A DNA stretch of 32,000 nucleotides from Candidatus Saccharimonadota bacterium (GTDB lineage: Archaea; Micrarchaeota; Micrarchaeia; Micrarchaeales; Micrarchaeaceae): NCBI GenBank assembly GCA_963705375.1, contig OY970071.1, forward strand, positions 420,001 through 452,000. Reading direction: 5' to 3'. The notes under the pieces are model-generated. The model saw only the letters and a list, made by a program, of their open reading frames with translations. It was not told the DNA's origin and ran no database searches. Positions within the stretch are counted from its first letter, which is position 1. Every line of letters begins with the position of its first letter. Of this stretch, positions 1-8,962 are shown one piece after another. A program made the translations under genes and the position numbers.

Positions 1-590
1 CCACTGCAGAACCTACATTTGATCCGTCGACAGAGAACTGCACCGTACCGGTAGGCGTGCCCGCTGCAGATGCGACTAACGCAGTGAATGTCAAAGAATT
101 GGAGTATGCCGACGGGTTAGTTCCAGAGGTCAAGGACACAACTGTTAAAGTGCTTGCAGGATTGACTGTCTGTGACAGAGGTGAAGACGTGCTTGCTGCA
201 AAGTTGGTAGTTGCAGCATATGCCGCGCTTATTGAGTGCGTACCAGCAGACAAAGAGGATGTGGTAAGTGTGGCAGTTCCTGAAGAAAGTGCCACTGCAG
301 AACCTACATTTGATCCGTCGATGGAGAACTGCACCGTACCGGTAGGAGTACCTCCTGTAGATGAGACTGTAGCGGTGAAGGTCAAAGAAGTGGCGTATGC
401 CGAAGGGTTAGTCCCAGAGGTCAGCGATACGCTTGTCGAAGTGCTTGCAGGGCCGACGGTCTCCACGACGGCGGAGCTCTCACTACCCTCATAGGTATTT
501 GCCACTCCGGAGTATATTGCCATTATAGAATGAGTCCCAACTGAGAGTGCAGAGGTGGTAAACGTTGCGACTCCAGCATTTAATGTACCT
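1..590 (-). repeat. Tandem ~292-bp coding repeats (Ig-like domain units) inside the edge-truncated surface-protein gene
   Basis: Bases 1-56 recur almost identically at 293-348 (ccactgcagaacctacatttgatccgtcga...gcaccgtaccggtagg). Similarity decays over the next ~130 bp. The period equals one ~97-aa Ig-like unit. Confidence 0.6.
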
Positions 591-1186
591 GTACCTATTG
601 AAGTACCGCCATCATAGAATGTCACGGTCCCTGTCGGAGTTCCCTCTTTATAAGAAGTCACTGTTGCTGTGAAAGTTACAGAGGCACCGTATGTCGGAGA
701 GGCTGAGGTCGTAGACAAGGCAGCATAGGTAGCAGGTACCTCTGCAATATACGAGTAAGGAAACAGGCCACCACCATACGGACTCACAGAATAGACGATG
801 GCATAATTGCCTAGAGCGTTAGCGTCAGTGAATATGTACTCATTCGTATGATAGTAGTAAGCTTTGCCACCATAAACAATGACATAGTTGGTGGCTTGTG
901 TTAAAGGTGTAAAAGCACAATCTCCGGTTCCGTCGCCCGGCCTACTTCGATTATACAGATAAAGCCAGCAGGACTGATTGGCGGTGAGTATGCTCTCGGT
1001 GAACGGGTAGTATACATCATAGCTCCCGGTCCCGGACGGGGGCAGATAGACCGCGTAGTTTGTCGGCACGCCTGATGGCGGGCTAGGCAGATATTGAGCA
1101 AATGCTGTTGATGGACATGCAGCAAGCAGAATAACCGCAGATAGCATAAGCAGTAAAAGCGGCTTTGTATAAGCGTACAGTTTCAA
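1..1186 (-). CDS. Secreted Ig-like-repeat surface protein/adhesin, N-terminal part (3' end lies beyond the left edge)
   Basis: The minus-strand frame is open from position 1 up to TTG at 1186. The next in-frame ATG is at 1147 and the upstream in-frame stop is at 1277-1279. It is absent from the ORF track because it has no stop codon inside the window. Translation starts (M)KLYAYTKPLLLLMLSAVILLAACPSTAFA-QY, a signal peptide. It continues with ~97-aa units such as SLTFTATVSSTGGTPTGTVQFSIDGSNVGSAVALSSGTATLTTSSLSAGTHSISAAY, typical of Ig-like domain repeat surface proteins. Confidence 0.75.
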   Translation of the reverse strand, partial: MKLYAYTKPLLLLMLSAVILLAACPSTAFAQYLPSPPSGVPTNYAVYLPPSGTGSYDVYYPFTESILTANQSCWLYLYNRSRPGDGTGDCAFTPLTQATNYVIVYGGKAYYYHTNEYIFTDANALGNYAIVYSVSPYGGGLFPYSYIAEVPATYAALSTTSASPTYGASVTFTATVTSYKEGTPTGTVTFYDGGTSIGTGTLNAGVATFTTSALSVGTHSIMAIYSGVANTYEGSESSAVVETVGPASTSTSVSLTSGTNPSAYATSLTFTATVSSTGGTPTGTVQFSIDGSNVGSAVALSSGTATLTTSSLSAGTHSISAAYAATTNFAASTSSPLSQTVNPASTLTVVSLTSGTNPSAYSNSLTFTALVASAAGTPTGTVQFSVDGSNVGSAV

Positions 1187-1447
1187 GACATCACGTAGTG
1201 TGTATGTACTTGTACTAGACCTGGCTACACAGTGGCTACCCCCGTATCCACCGAAATACCCACAGAGTGCATTATGTTAGCCCATGCACAAGACATTTAC
1301 CCGATGGATATGATGAGACCTGGAGATATATAAGGTTTTCTAATGTGTTTTTAAAGCTTTGCATCATGCCTGACAAAAAGCACAATGACACACAACCTCT
1401 TCAGAATAGTTTATGGCTGGTTTTTGGACCTAGGCAAAATGGCCTTT

Positions 1448-4078
1448 TTATAAAGGCTGCTGAGGTGGATCTTCGCTCTTTTTGTTTCCAGAGGAGATAC
1501 GGCGGGACGTCAGGAACGCCACCATGGCCAGGATGACTACGATTGCAGCCACAACATAAGTATTGCTTGAAGCAGGAGGTACGGCGGCAGATGCGGGCGC
1601 AGGCGTGTTGGTTGTTGATGCATTTACCGGCGCATTTGATGTGTTAGACGGGTTAGGCACTATTGTTGTTGTCGGCGTGTTGGTCGTTGTATTTTCCGGG
1701 ATTGTGGTCGTTGAATGTGTGGTATTGTTGGTCTGGTTTGTAACGGTAGGAATTGCCATCGCACACACATCGACGGTGATCGTGTGCTCTATTGGAATGT
1801 AGCTTATGCCCGTTACGTCTGCGGCGTAGTTGAAGTTGCTGTCCTTGAACAGCACTGTGGACGAATTGAGTTTAAGCACATAGGTGATGCCGTTTATTAT
1901 CAGATCGGTAGAATTTGGAGCAATTGTACTGACCGTCACAGCGAACGCGGTGCCGTTCAGCGTGAAGTGTTCGTAGTTTGGTGTTGTGAAGTTGGCCACA
2001 TGGTAGCAGGCGGCACCGTTCTGCGTGCGCTGCGTCAGGCTAGGACCTGAAGGGCCTCCACCACTTGGGGCATAGCCACCGCCACCTGAAGGCGGCGGCG
2101 TGTACACGGATGTGAATAGGCCTATGACAGGATCGGCCGGCACGTTAAAGGATATGGTGCAAGCCGCTGTGTTAGAGCTGTAGTTGAGCAAATGCCATGA
2201 ACTGCCGATCAGCTTGTACGGAGCAGCGTTTGAGCCGCAGGGTATTCCCATTGTGAGGGCGTACACCATTGTAGAAGGCGTGCTGTTGGTCATGGTGAGA
2301 TTAAGCAGGACGACTTTTGAGAAGTGCGTGTAGCTGACGAAAGGCGTGGATGTGTAGTTGCTGGTGACGTTGGAAATGATGACATTGGTGTTCACGTTGT
2401 TAGAAGAGGTTATTGAAAGAGTCGCGTTCGCTTTTGAATATGTGATGTTCGTTTCCGTGTTGGACGGCACGCTTACGACGAAATTATAGGTTGAATTTGG
2501 TATGAATGAGTTGACGGTTATCACATTGCTTATCGAGTTGAAGACGTATGCAGGGGCAATGCCTGTGTCTGTCGCTATCGCATTGAACGTTAACTGGCCG
2601 AGAACTGTCGGAGTGTAAGAGAGAGTTATGCTGTTGCCTCCGGCATCCGGTATTGTGTTCGTGCTGACCACATTGCCAGTATAGACAAGGTTAACGGTGA
2701 ACGGACCAACGCCTGCTCCTGAAGGTATGTTTGCAGTGTATGTTATTGCTTGGCCTATGTCTATGCTGTTGCTTGATGGCGTAATAGATATCGTAGGAAT
2801 CTGGACCACGACCTGTGATGTTGCGGAACTTGTGCTCCCGCCATAATTCGCAGATCCAGAATATGTCGCGAATATTGAATGGGTTGCGATCGAAAGTGCA
2901 GAAGGAGCCAGTGTAGCAACTCCGCCAGTCAACGCAACAGCGCCTATTGGAGTTGCACCGTCATAGAAGGTCACTGTTCCTGTCGGAGTTCCGCTGGAAG
3001 ATGTCACGGTTGCAGTGAATGTTACAGAAGCCCCATGCATTGATGGGTCTTGGCTTGAGTTCAGCACGGTGGTTGTGGGAGTCAGGGCATATGCATATTG
3101 GACTTCGTTATACGGGCTAAAGCTGCCGCCCAGGCAGTAGATGTAGTTGTTTGCGGTGACGCAACTATGATCATACTCTCCTACTGAAAGCGTATTGCTG
3201 CTTTGGGAGGTCCATGCAGAGGTAGGGTTTCCTGCACTTGTGATCGATGAATATTGGACGTTTGATGCGGAAGGGGAGCCACCCATGCAGTAGATGGCGT
3301 TGTTCGCAGTGACGCAGCTATGCCCCCATTCACCTACAGCAAGTGTATTGCTTTGGGAGGTCCATGCGCCGGTGGGGCCGACACCGCTTGAGATCGATGT
3401 GTATTGAACGACAGAAGTTTCGGAGCCACCACCCATGCAGTAGATGTAGTTGTTCGCTGTGATGCAGCTGAATCTGAATTCCCCAACAGCAAGATTGTTG
3501 CTTTGGGATGTCCATGTCGATGTGCCGCCATTTGGCAGGATCGATGCGTATTGCACTACAGGGGGTCCGTATGCGCCACCCATGCAGTAGATGTAGTTGT
3601 TCGCCGCTACGCAGCTAAGGCCCCAGCCTCCGACGGCAAGAGAATTGGTAGTTTGCCATGCAGTTGTGCCTCCGCCGGGCAGGACCTGCGCGTATTGGAC
3701 CACATCATAAGGGCCAGGATATACAGAGTTGCCCATGCAGTAGATGTAGTTGTTCGCGGTGACGCAGCTCATGTAGTCTGTCGCAACAGCAAGGGTATTG
3801 CTTTGGGAGGTCCATGCCGCAGTACCTCCTCCAGGCAGGACCTGCGCGTATTGGACAGTAGGAAAGAGGGCAATACTGGTAGAGCTCATGCAGTAGATGT
3901 AGTTGTTTACGGTTACGCAGCTGTCTGCATACGTCGTATTAGAAAGGGTATTGCTTTGGGAGGTCCAGGCAGTCGTGGCTACAGCCTGAGCAGAAGTAAA
4001 TGGTGCCATGGCGCAAAGAGCCGCTAGCAGAGCCATTGCAAATAAAACATGGTTGTTTTTCATATAAGCACTTCCCAT
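1448..4078 (-). CDS. Surface glycoprotein: signal peptide, six Kelch-like beta-propeller blades, Ig-like domain, sequon-rich beta domains, Thr/Asn-rich stalk, C-terminal TM anchor
   Basis: The ORF spans 1448-4120, where the 4120 start is GTG. In-frame ATGs at 4078 and 4063 precede the signal peptide MKNNHVLFAMALLAALCAMAPFTSAQA. Six ~50-aa repeats follow the pattern W-TSQSN-L-V-...-SCVTANNYIYCMGG-...-VQY, with the Kelch-type GG doublet and conserved Y and W. An Ig-like unit follows (GASVTFTATVTSSSGTPTGTVTFYDG...THSIFATYSG). The tail reads TTHSTTTIPENTTTNTPTTT...YVVAAIVVILAMVAFLTSRR, a stalk plus TM anchor. A TATA-like CTATAAGG sits on the minus strand near 4136-4143. Confidence 0.85.
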   Translation of the reverse strand: MGSAYMKNNHVLFAMALLAALCAMAPFTSAQAVATTAWTSQSNTLSNTTYADSCVTVNNYIYCMSSTSIALFPTVQYAQVLPGGGTAAWTSQSNTLAVATDYMSCVTANNYIYCMGNSVYPGPYDVVQYAQVLPGGGTTAWQTTNSLAVGGWGLSCVAANNYIYCMGGAYGPPVVQYASILPNGGTSTWTSQSNNLAVGEFRFSCITANNYIYCMGGGSETSVVQYTSISSGVGPTGAWTSQSNTLAVGEWGHSCVTANNAIYCMGGSPSASNVQYSSITSAGNPTSAWTSQSSNTLSVGEYDHSCVTANNYIYCLGGSFSPYNEVQYAYALTPTTTVLNSSQDPSMHGASVTFTATVTSSSGTPTGTVTFYDGATPIGAVALTGGVATLAPSALSIATHSIFATYSGSANYGGSTSSATSQVVVQIPTISITPSSNSIDIGQAITYTANIPSGAGVGPFTVNLVYTGNVVSTNTIPDAGGNSITLSYTPTVLGQLTFNAIATDTGIAPAYVFNSISNVITVNSFIPNSTYNFVVSVPSNTETNITYSKANATLSITSSNNVNTNVIISNVTSNYTSTPFVSYTHFSKVVLLNLTMTNSTPSTMVYALTMGIPCGSNAAPYKLIGSSWHLLNYSSNTAACTISFNVPADPVIGLFTSVYTPPPSGGGGYAPSGGGPSGPSLTQRTQNGAACYHVANFTTPNYEHFTLNGTAFAVTVSTIAPNSTDLIINGITYVLKLNSSTVLFKDSNFNYAADVTGISYIPIEHTITVDVCAMAIPTVTNQTNNTTHSTTTIPENTTTNTPTTTIVPNPSNTSNAPVNASTTNTPAPASAAVPPASSNTYVVAAIVVILAMVAFLTSRRISSGNKKSEDPPQQPL
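3083..3979 (-). repeat. Six tandem ~150-bp coding repeats (Kelch-like blades)
   Basis: The core catgcagtagatgtagttgtt(c/t)gc recurs near 3131, 3284, 3434, 3581, 3734 and 3887 on the plus strand, which is antisense to the gene. Confidence 0.8.
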
Positions 4079-4318
4079 CCCACTGACGATTCCGTGTCTG
4101 AATCGGCGAGGACGCCCCACAGCATCCGCACACGACCTTATAGCAGAATTGGAGCGCCGGAGATATATATAGGTTTGTTAAAGTTGCAATTTTATCAAGT
4201 TTATTTGTTAAAATGACACTTGTCTTCCGCGCAACTTAAAAGAAAAAACAGGACAAGCACTCGAAAACCAAGAGTTTGCACCACAAGAGATAAAAGGCGT
4301 AGCGAAAATAGTAAGAGC

Positions 4319-4843
4319 ATGCAGCTTGTTTACATACCAAAGGAAAGGATCAGGCGCCTATTCGATAAGAAGGATATGATGGACAGAATATGCAAGGCCT
4401 GCAACTGCAAGCTCTTTTTGGAAGACGGAGAAGCGGTGAGGATAGAGGGCGCGGCATACGACGAGTTTGTCGCAAGGAATATTGTGCATGCGTTCGGAAG
4501 GGGCTTCGACGTAGATATCGCGTGCAGGCTTGCGAACAGCGAGTATTACTTCAGCGCGATAGACTTGGAGCAGATTTTTGGGAACGAGAAACGCATAAAG
4601 CAGGTCAAGGCAAGGATCATTGGAGAGAACGGAAGAACGAAGCGCTACATAGAGCAGGTGAGCGCCACAAGGATAAGCGTGTACGGCAACACTGTAGGGT
4701 TCATAGGAAAAGTAGAAGACATAAGAGAGGCAGAAGTCGCAGTCAATACATTGATAGATGGAGGCACACATAGGCTTGCCTACAAGAAGATGGAAACAGA
4801 GCACAGGAAAAACATGCAGAAAGAAAAGGACGCTAGGTTTTGA
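4319..4843 (+). CDS. KH-domain RNA-binding protein, archaeal Dim2/Pno1-like
   Basis: The first ATG in ORF 4220-4843 is at 4319; the 4220 start is TTG and would add a basic 33-aa extension. Starting at 4319 gives 174 aa beginning MQLVYIPKERIRRL. KH-type GxxG segments are present, e.g. IIGENGRTKRYIEQVSATRISVYGNTVGFIG. Size and two-KH layout match archaeal COG1094-type proteins. A 5-nt gap separates it from top6B. Confidence 0.75.
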   Translation: MQLVYIPKERIRRLFDKKDMMDRICKACNCKLFLEDGEAVRIEGAAYDEFVARNIVHAFGRGFDVDIACRLANSEYYFSAIDLEQIFGNEKRIKQVKARIIGENGRTKRYIEQVSATRISVYGNTVGFIGKVEDIREAEVAVNTLIDGGTHRLAYKKMETEHRKNMQKEKDARF

Positions 4844-4848
4844 TTTCT

Positions 4849-6444
4849 ATGGAGGAGAGACACGCAGATGAGATTTTCAAGGAGTTCAAGGAGCATTCTG
4901 TAGCGGAGTTCTTCAAGAAGAACAGGCAGATGCTCGGCTACGCCGGGAAGGTCAGGTCTATGACGACAGTGGTGCACGAGTACGTGACCAACGCGCTGGA
5001 CGCCACTGAAGAGGCAGGAGTGCTGCCGGAGATAGACGTCAATGTGACCCAGATCGGCGAAGAAAGGTACAGGATAGGAGTGCTAGACAACGGTCCAGGA
5101 ATACCGAAGAATTACATCGGGAAGGTGCTTGCGACTGTGCTCGCCGGAACGAAGTTCCACCGCTACATGCAGCAGAGAGGCCAGCAGGGCATAGGCGGCG
5201 CAGGGTGCACCATGTTCGCGCAGACGACGACAGGCAAGCCGATATTCGTGAAGGCATCGACAGGGCCTGGAAAGGCCTATTCGTGCAATCTCGCAGTCGA
5301 TACGATGCACAACAAGCCAGTGGTGAGCAGCCTGCAGGACGTTACAGAAAACTTCAGGGGCCTGTTCGTCGAAGGGGAATTCGCAGGCATCAAGTACGAG
5401 AACAGCGAGCACGGCGTCTACGAGTACATAAAAAGGACAGCGCTGGCAAACCCTCACGCGCAGATCAAGCTTACCGATCCTGAAGGCAAGGAGCACGTTT
5501 TCATGAGAGCCGTAGAAAAGGTGCCGGATCGCGGAAAGCCGGCGCAGCCGCATCCTCTCGGCTTGTCGGTCAACGACCTCCTCGAATTCGCGCACGCGAG
5601 CCCAAGCAAGAGGATCTCGTCATTCCTTGTAGAGAGCTTTGAAAGGGTCACATCGAACAAAGTCAACGAGCTGAAAGCGATAGCAACCAGCGTCGATTTC
5701 TCTAAGGAACCGAAAGCGCTCGCGTGGCCAGAAGCCGAGGAAATCATCAAGGCGTTCAAGGCAGTCAGGTGGATCTCTCCTGATGCCAGCAGCGTGAAGA
5801 CCATAGGCACAGACCAGATAACGCTCGCACTCAAGAACGTGCTCAATCCTGAATTCATGAACGTGGTAGAGAGGAAGCCCGCAGTGTTCAGGGGAGGCGT
5901 GCCTTTCATAGTCGAAGCCGCTGTTGCGTTCGGAGGCAATTCCGGCCGCAAGACAGAGGAGGGCTACGCGGGCAGCATACTGAGGTTCGCGAACAGGGTG
6001 CCTCTGCTATTCGACAGCGGCGTGTGTGCAATCACAGTAGCAACAAAGGACATAGCGTGGAAGCGCTACGGAATAGACATGGACACGCAGCCTGTCAGTG
6101 TGTTTGTCAACATCTCCTCGGTGTACATCCCTTACTCTGGCGTCGGAAAGGAAGCGATCTCGCAGGAGGAGGCCATAATCGAGGAGATAAAGCTTGCGAT
6201 AATGGAAGCCGCGAGAGGCGTGCAGCGCTACATACATGGAAAAAGGCAGTTGAGCAGCGAGGAGGGCAAGTACAAGACGATAATGCGCTATTCGAAGCAG
6301 CTCTCACAGGATCTTGGGGAGATGACGGGCAGGGACAGCCAGAAGATAGAGAAAAGCGTGAACGAGCTTGTTCTCAAGCACTATCCGAGGCTCAAGCAGA
6401 ATGATGAAAAAGACACCCCACAGGAGCAACAAGCCAGTGGCTAA
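4849..6444 (+). CDS. top6B: DNA topoisomerase VI subunit B
   Basis: 531 aa from ATG 4849; the track start at 4840 is TTG. GHKL/Bergerat ATPase motifs are present: HEYVTNALDA (N box), DNGPGIP (G1) and GQQGIGGAG (G2). The N-terminus SVAEFFKKNRQMLGY and the length are typical of Top6B. Confidence 0.95.
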   Translation: MEERHADEIFKEFKEHSVAEFFKKNRQMLGYAGKVRSMTTVVHEYVTNALDATEEAGVLPEIDVNVTQIGEERYRIGVLDNGPGIPKNYIGKVLATVLAGTKFHRYMQQRGQQGIGGAGCTMFAQTTTGKPIFVKASTGPGKAYSCNLAVDTMHNKPVVSSLQDVTENFRGLFVEGEFAGIKYENSEHGVYEYIKRTALANPHAQIKLTDPEGKEHVFMRAVEKVPDRGKPAQPHPLGLSVNDLLEFAHASPSKRISSFLVESFERVTSNKVNELKAIATSVDFSKEPKALAWPEAEEIIKAFKAVRWISPDASSVKTIGTDQITLALKNVLNPEFMNVVERKPAVFRGGVPFIVEAAVAFGGNSGRKTEEGYAGSILRFANRVPLLFDSGVCAITVATKDIAWKRYGIDMDTQPVSVFVNISSVYIPYSGVGKEAISQEEAIIEEIKLAIMEAARGVQRYIHGKRQLSSEEGKYKTIMRYSKQLSQDLGEMTGRDSQKIEKSVNELVLKHYPRLKQNDEKDTPQEQQASG

Positions 6445-8795
6445 CCCAGCATCTCGGCAGGGTTGTCTGCATCGACAAGACACACCATGCCCGCAGAGAC
6501 GTAAGCCTTCAGCACCTCGGCATCCGAATTGACAGCCCTGTACATGCCGATCTTGAACTCGTCAAGCCTTGACGCGTTGAGGAAAGTAAGGTAGGTCTTG
6601 GATCCTGCAAACACAGGCATGTCCTTGAACTTGCTCGTGTCAGAGTATATCACTATGTACCTGCGATCGCCGCGGATCGTCGCAACTATGTCTGCCGAGT
6701 TGCTCATATCAAGATCTGTGAACACATACGCATGGGTTACAAGGAACAGTCGGAGTTTCTTGAACGTGGAGAGGTACTCTATGTCGTGCTTGCTGAGCGT
6801 CTCCCAGTCTTTTGGAGCGTACAGGTTGTCAGCGCGGACAAGGCTGTTGTTCGCTATCAGCTTGTCCAAAATCAGGGATATGTTGGCGTATGTCAGGCTT
6901 ACCGGCATGTTGTTGAAGCGTATGTTCGTAAGTATCGCCGCGTGGATTTCTTGCGCGGACAGGGGCATGAAGCGCCAGTGGTACGATGTGTTAAGCTTGC
7001 TGAACGCGGAGAGTATCTCATTGGGTTTGAGCTTTATGGCAGTCTTGGGCGAGGAAGGAAGAGATTGGACGTCTATGTAGAACTCGTCCCTGTTCGGCGC
7101 CCTTATGAGCACAACCATCAGCAAACAGACAAATCCGACAATGCCCAGCTCTATGTAATCCTTGTTTATCACTATGGCCGTAGACGGGCTAGAGGCAGCG
7201 TAGTGCAGCGTCTGCCCTAGCAGGTTTATCTCGAAATCGGAGTTGCCCTGCTGCGCAGGAGTTCCGCTAGGAAGCGTATACGAGAGCGTGCCGTTGCTGA
7301 GAACGCCGCTGGCGGGATAAGCGCCGTTGATGCTTATTGTGTAGTTTATGTTAGAAAGGGGGTGGCCGAGCGAGGTTATGTTGAAAGTGAAAACGCCTTT
7401 GGCTATGTCAGTCTGCACGAGCTTTACATTTATCTGCGATACGTTGAACATCGAGGCAGCATACTCGCCGTTTGTGAAGCTCTGCAGCTCAGCTATGTAC
7501 GTGCCAGGGCCAACGCCGAAGTTGATGTAGTTGATGAATGTGAAGTTGCCGCTCGCAGTAGAAAAAGGCAAAGGTATGCTCCCTACAGGAGTCATGTTGT
7601 TCAGCGCGTAAACGGTGATGTGCGGCTGTATGCTCGTCTGCGCATTGCCGTGCGTGGCCACTGTCATCGTAACGGAAACCGTTGAACCTGGCACTATCTG
7701 CGAAGGCACGAGAATAGAGCCGTTTAACATGAAGTGCGGCTTGAAGTAGAGATACTCATAGGTCGTGTTCTGGCCTGTGGTGGAAGGGTTTGACGCCTCG
7801 ATCGAAAGCACAATTGTGCCATTATTGATGTATGAAAGAGCATGGAGATACAACGGAATAGGCGAGAGCGTAACTCCGAAAGACCCGGAAGTAACGATGT
7901 TGTTTGTGCCTACCGAGCCGCCGGAATATTTGGTCAGCCAGAAGAGCTGCCGTATCGCCTCGGCAATATCATGACCGGCATAGCCTGCAGAGCTCCAGGA
8001 GCTCGGAGAATTTGGGAACACTACGAGCCAGCCCTTGCTCACGTTCTCGTATGACATTGACCCGTAGCTTGTGCCGGACTTGAGCGAAAAGGTGCTGGAG
8101 TTGAAATAGTAGCCAGGAACAGAGCCATGCGAAGCAATGCTAGTGTCAAGGAAGGCTAACCTTGAAAGGTCAGAAGGCACGACAACAGACCCGGGCACAA
8201 GAGAGCGAGAAAAGTTCTGCCCTACATATATTATGCTTGCTCCTCTGTTCAGCATCGACATTATTGGCGAAACACTGGAATTTCCTCCTGCTAAGAATGC
8301 GCTTGGAAGAAGGCCGTTGAGCACCACAAGAATCGCGTAAGGCGGTAGCGCATTCAGGTTTGAGATGTCGAGATAGTGGACGTTGCTTGAGCTGTTTACG
8401 ATCCCGTATGCGAGCAGATCAGAGGCTATCGCCGAGTCTATTGCACCGGTGTTTCCGCAGTCGAAGCATTCGTTGTCGGAGTTGAGTATGTATATGGCCC
8501 TTGGGACCTTTGAGCTGAAGATCGAGACGCTCATGTTGAGCATCGAAGTGTTTAATACACTGTACTTGACAAGCAGGTACGGATTCACAAGTTGACTGCC
8601 AGAATATAGCAGATCTTGATTGGACACGTTAGCCGATAGGAAGGGAACCGAAGCCTTTTGCGTTGAATTGGTGGATGCGCCGCCGATGAGCGCAGACACT
8701 ACCGACTGAAGGTACAGCACGGCCACTACCGCCAACAGCAAGACCACGACTATGGCTAGCAGTGCGGGCTTGCTGAGAATCTTTCTACCGGGCAT
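6441..8795 (-). CDS. Bitopic membrane protein with large sequon-rich ectodomain and ~220-aa cytoplasmic C-terminal domain (function unknown)
   Basis: 784-aa ORF with an ATG start. It has an N-terminal TM (ALLAIVVVLLLAVVAVLYL) and a ~520-aa N-x-S/T-rich region with Ig/CARDB-like beta stretches. A second TM (LGIVGFVCLLMVVLI) is followed by a soluble tail. No family was recognised. Confidence 0.8.
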   Translation of the reverse strand: MPGRKILSKPALLAIVVVLLLAVVAVLYLQSVVSALIGGASTNSTQKASVPFLSANVSNQDLLYSGSQLVNPYLLVKYSVLNTSMLNMSVSIFSSKVPRAIYILNSDNECFDCGNTGAIDSAIASDLLAYGIVNSSSNVHYLDISNLNALPPYAILVVLNGLLPSAFLAGGNSSVSPIMSMLNRGASIIYVGQNFSRSLVPGSVVVPSDLSRLAFLDTSIASHGSVPGYYFNSSTFSLKSGTSYGSMSYENVSKGWLVVFPNSPSSWSSAGYAGHDIAEAIRQLFWLTKYSGGSVGTNNIVTSGSFGVTLSPIPLYLHALSYINNGTIVLSIEASNPSTTGQNTTYEYLYFKPHFMLNGSILVPSQIVPGSTVSVTMTVATHGNAQTSIQPHITVYALNNMTPVGSIPLPFSTASGNFTFINYINFGVGPGTYIAELQSFTNGEYAASMFNVSQINVKLVQTDIAKGVFTFNITSLGHPLSNINYTISINGAYPASGVLSNGTLSYTLPSGTPAQQGNSDFEINLLGQTLHYAASSPSTAIVINKDYIELGIVGFVCLLMVVLIRAPNRDEFYIDVQSLPSSPKTAIKLKPNEILSAFSKLNTSYHWRFMPLSAQEIHAAILTNIRFNNMPVSLTYANISLILDKLIANNSLVRADNLYAPKDWETLSKHDIEYLSTFKKLRLFLVTHAYVFTDLDMSNSADIVATIRGDRRYIVIYSDTSKFKDMPVFAGSKTYLTFLNASRLDEFKIGMYRAVNSDAEVLKAYVSAGMVCLVDADNPAEMLG

Positions 8796-8805
8796 TGGTC
8801 CACTC

Positions 8806-8958
8806 TTACTTTCCAGAATCTAACCGCGCTTCTTTCCTGCGCTCTATCATGCGCATCAAGAATTTCGTAAGGAAGGTCTCGTTGTCATGGAGCTTTTTGA
8901 CGATCGCAACCACGCGCATGTTTTTGACACGCTTGTTTATCACGACAGCATATTTCAC
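8806..8958 (-). CDS. Small basic protein, 50 aa (below the ORF-track size cutoff)
   Basis: GTG at 8958 to TAA at 8806-8808 gives VKYAVVINKRVKNMRVVAIVKKLHDNETFLTKFLMRMIERRKEARLDSGK. It fills the gap between the stop of the 242-aa gene (8963) and the start of the 784-aa gene (8795) with spacers of 4 and 10 nt. The only support is operon fit and a non-random-looking sequence. Confidence 0.35.
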   Translation of the reverse strand: MKYAVVINKRVKNMRVVAIVKKLHDNETFLTKFLMRMIERRKEARLDSGK

Positions 8959-8962
8959 AACA

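Noticed and set aside
57-494. 145-aa plus-strand ORF with internal repeats (EPTFDPS...ENCTVPVGVP twice)
   Set aside because: It is the antisense shadow of the minus-strand Ig-like repeat gene. The minus frame gives a canonical signal peptide and Ig-like units and is open to the window edge. The plus ORF only inherits the repeat periodicity.
3404-4027. 207-aa plus-strand ORF with repeated HAVDVVVR motif
   Set aside because: It is antisense to the six Kelch-like blades of the 890-aa gene. The repeat is the reverse complement of the YIYCMGG-coding core, and the composition (R/C/A-rich) looks non-protein-like.
5083-5951. Minus-strand ORFs of 165-170 aa inside top6B
   Set aside because: The plus frame carries unambiguous GHKL ATPase motifs, so the antisense ORFs are spurious.
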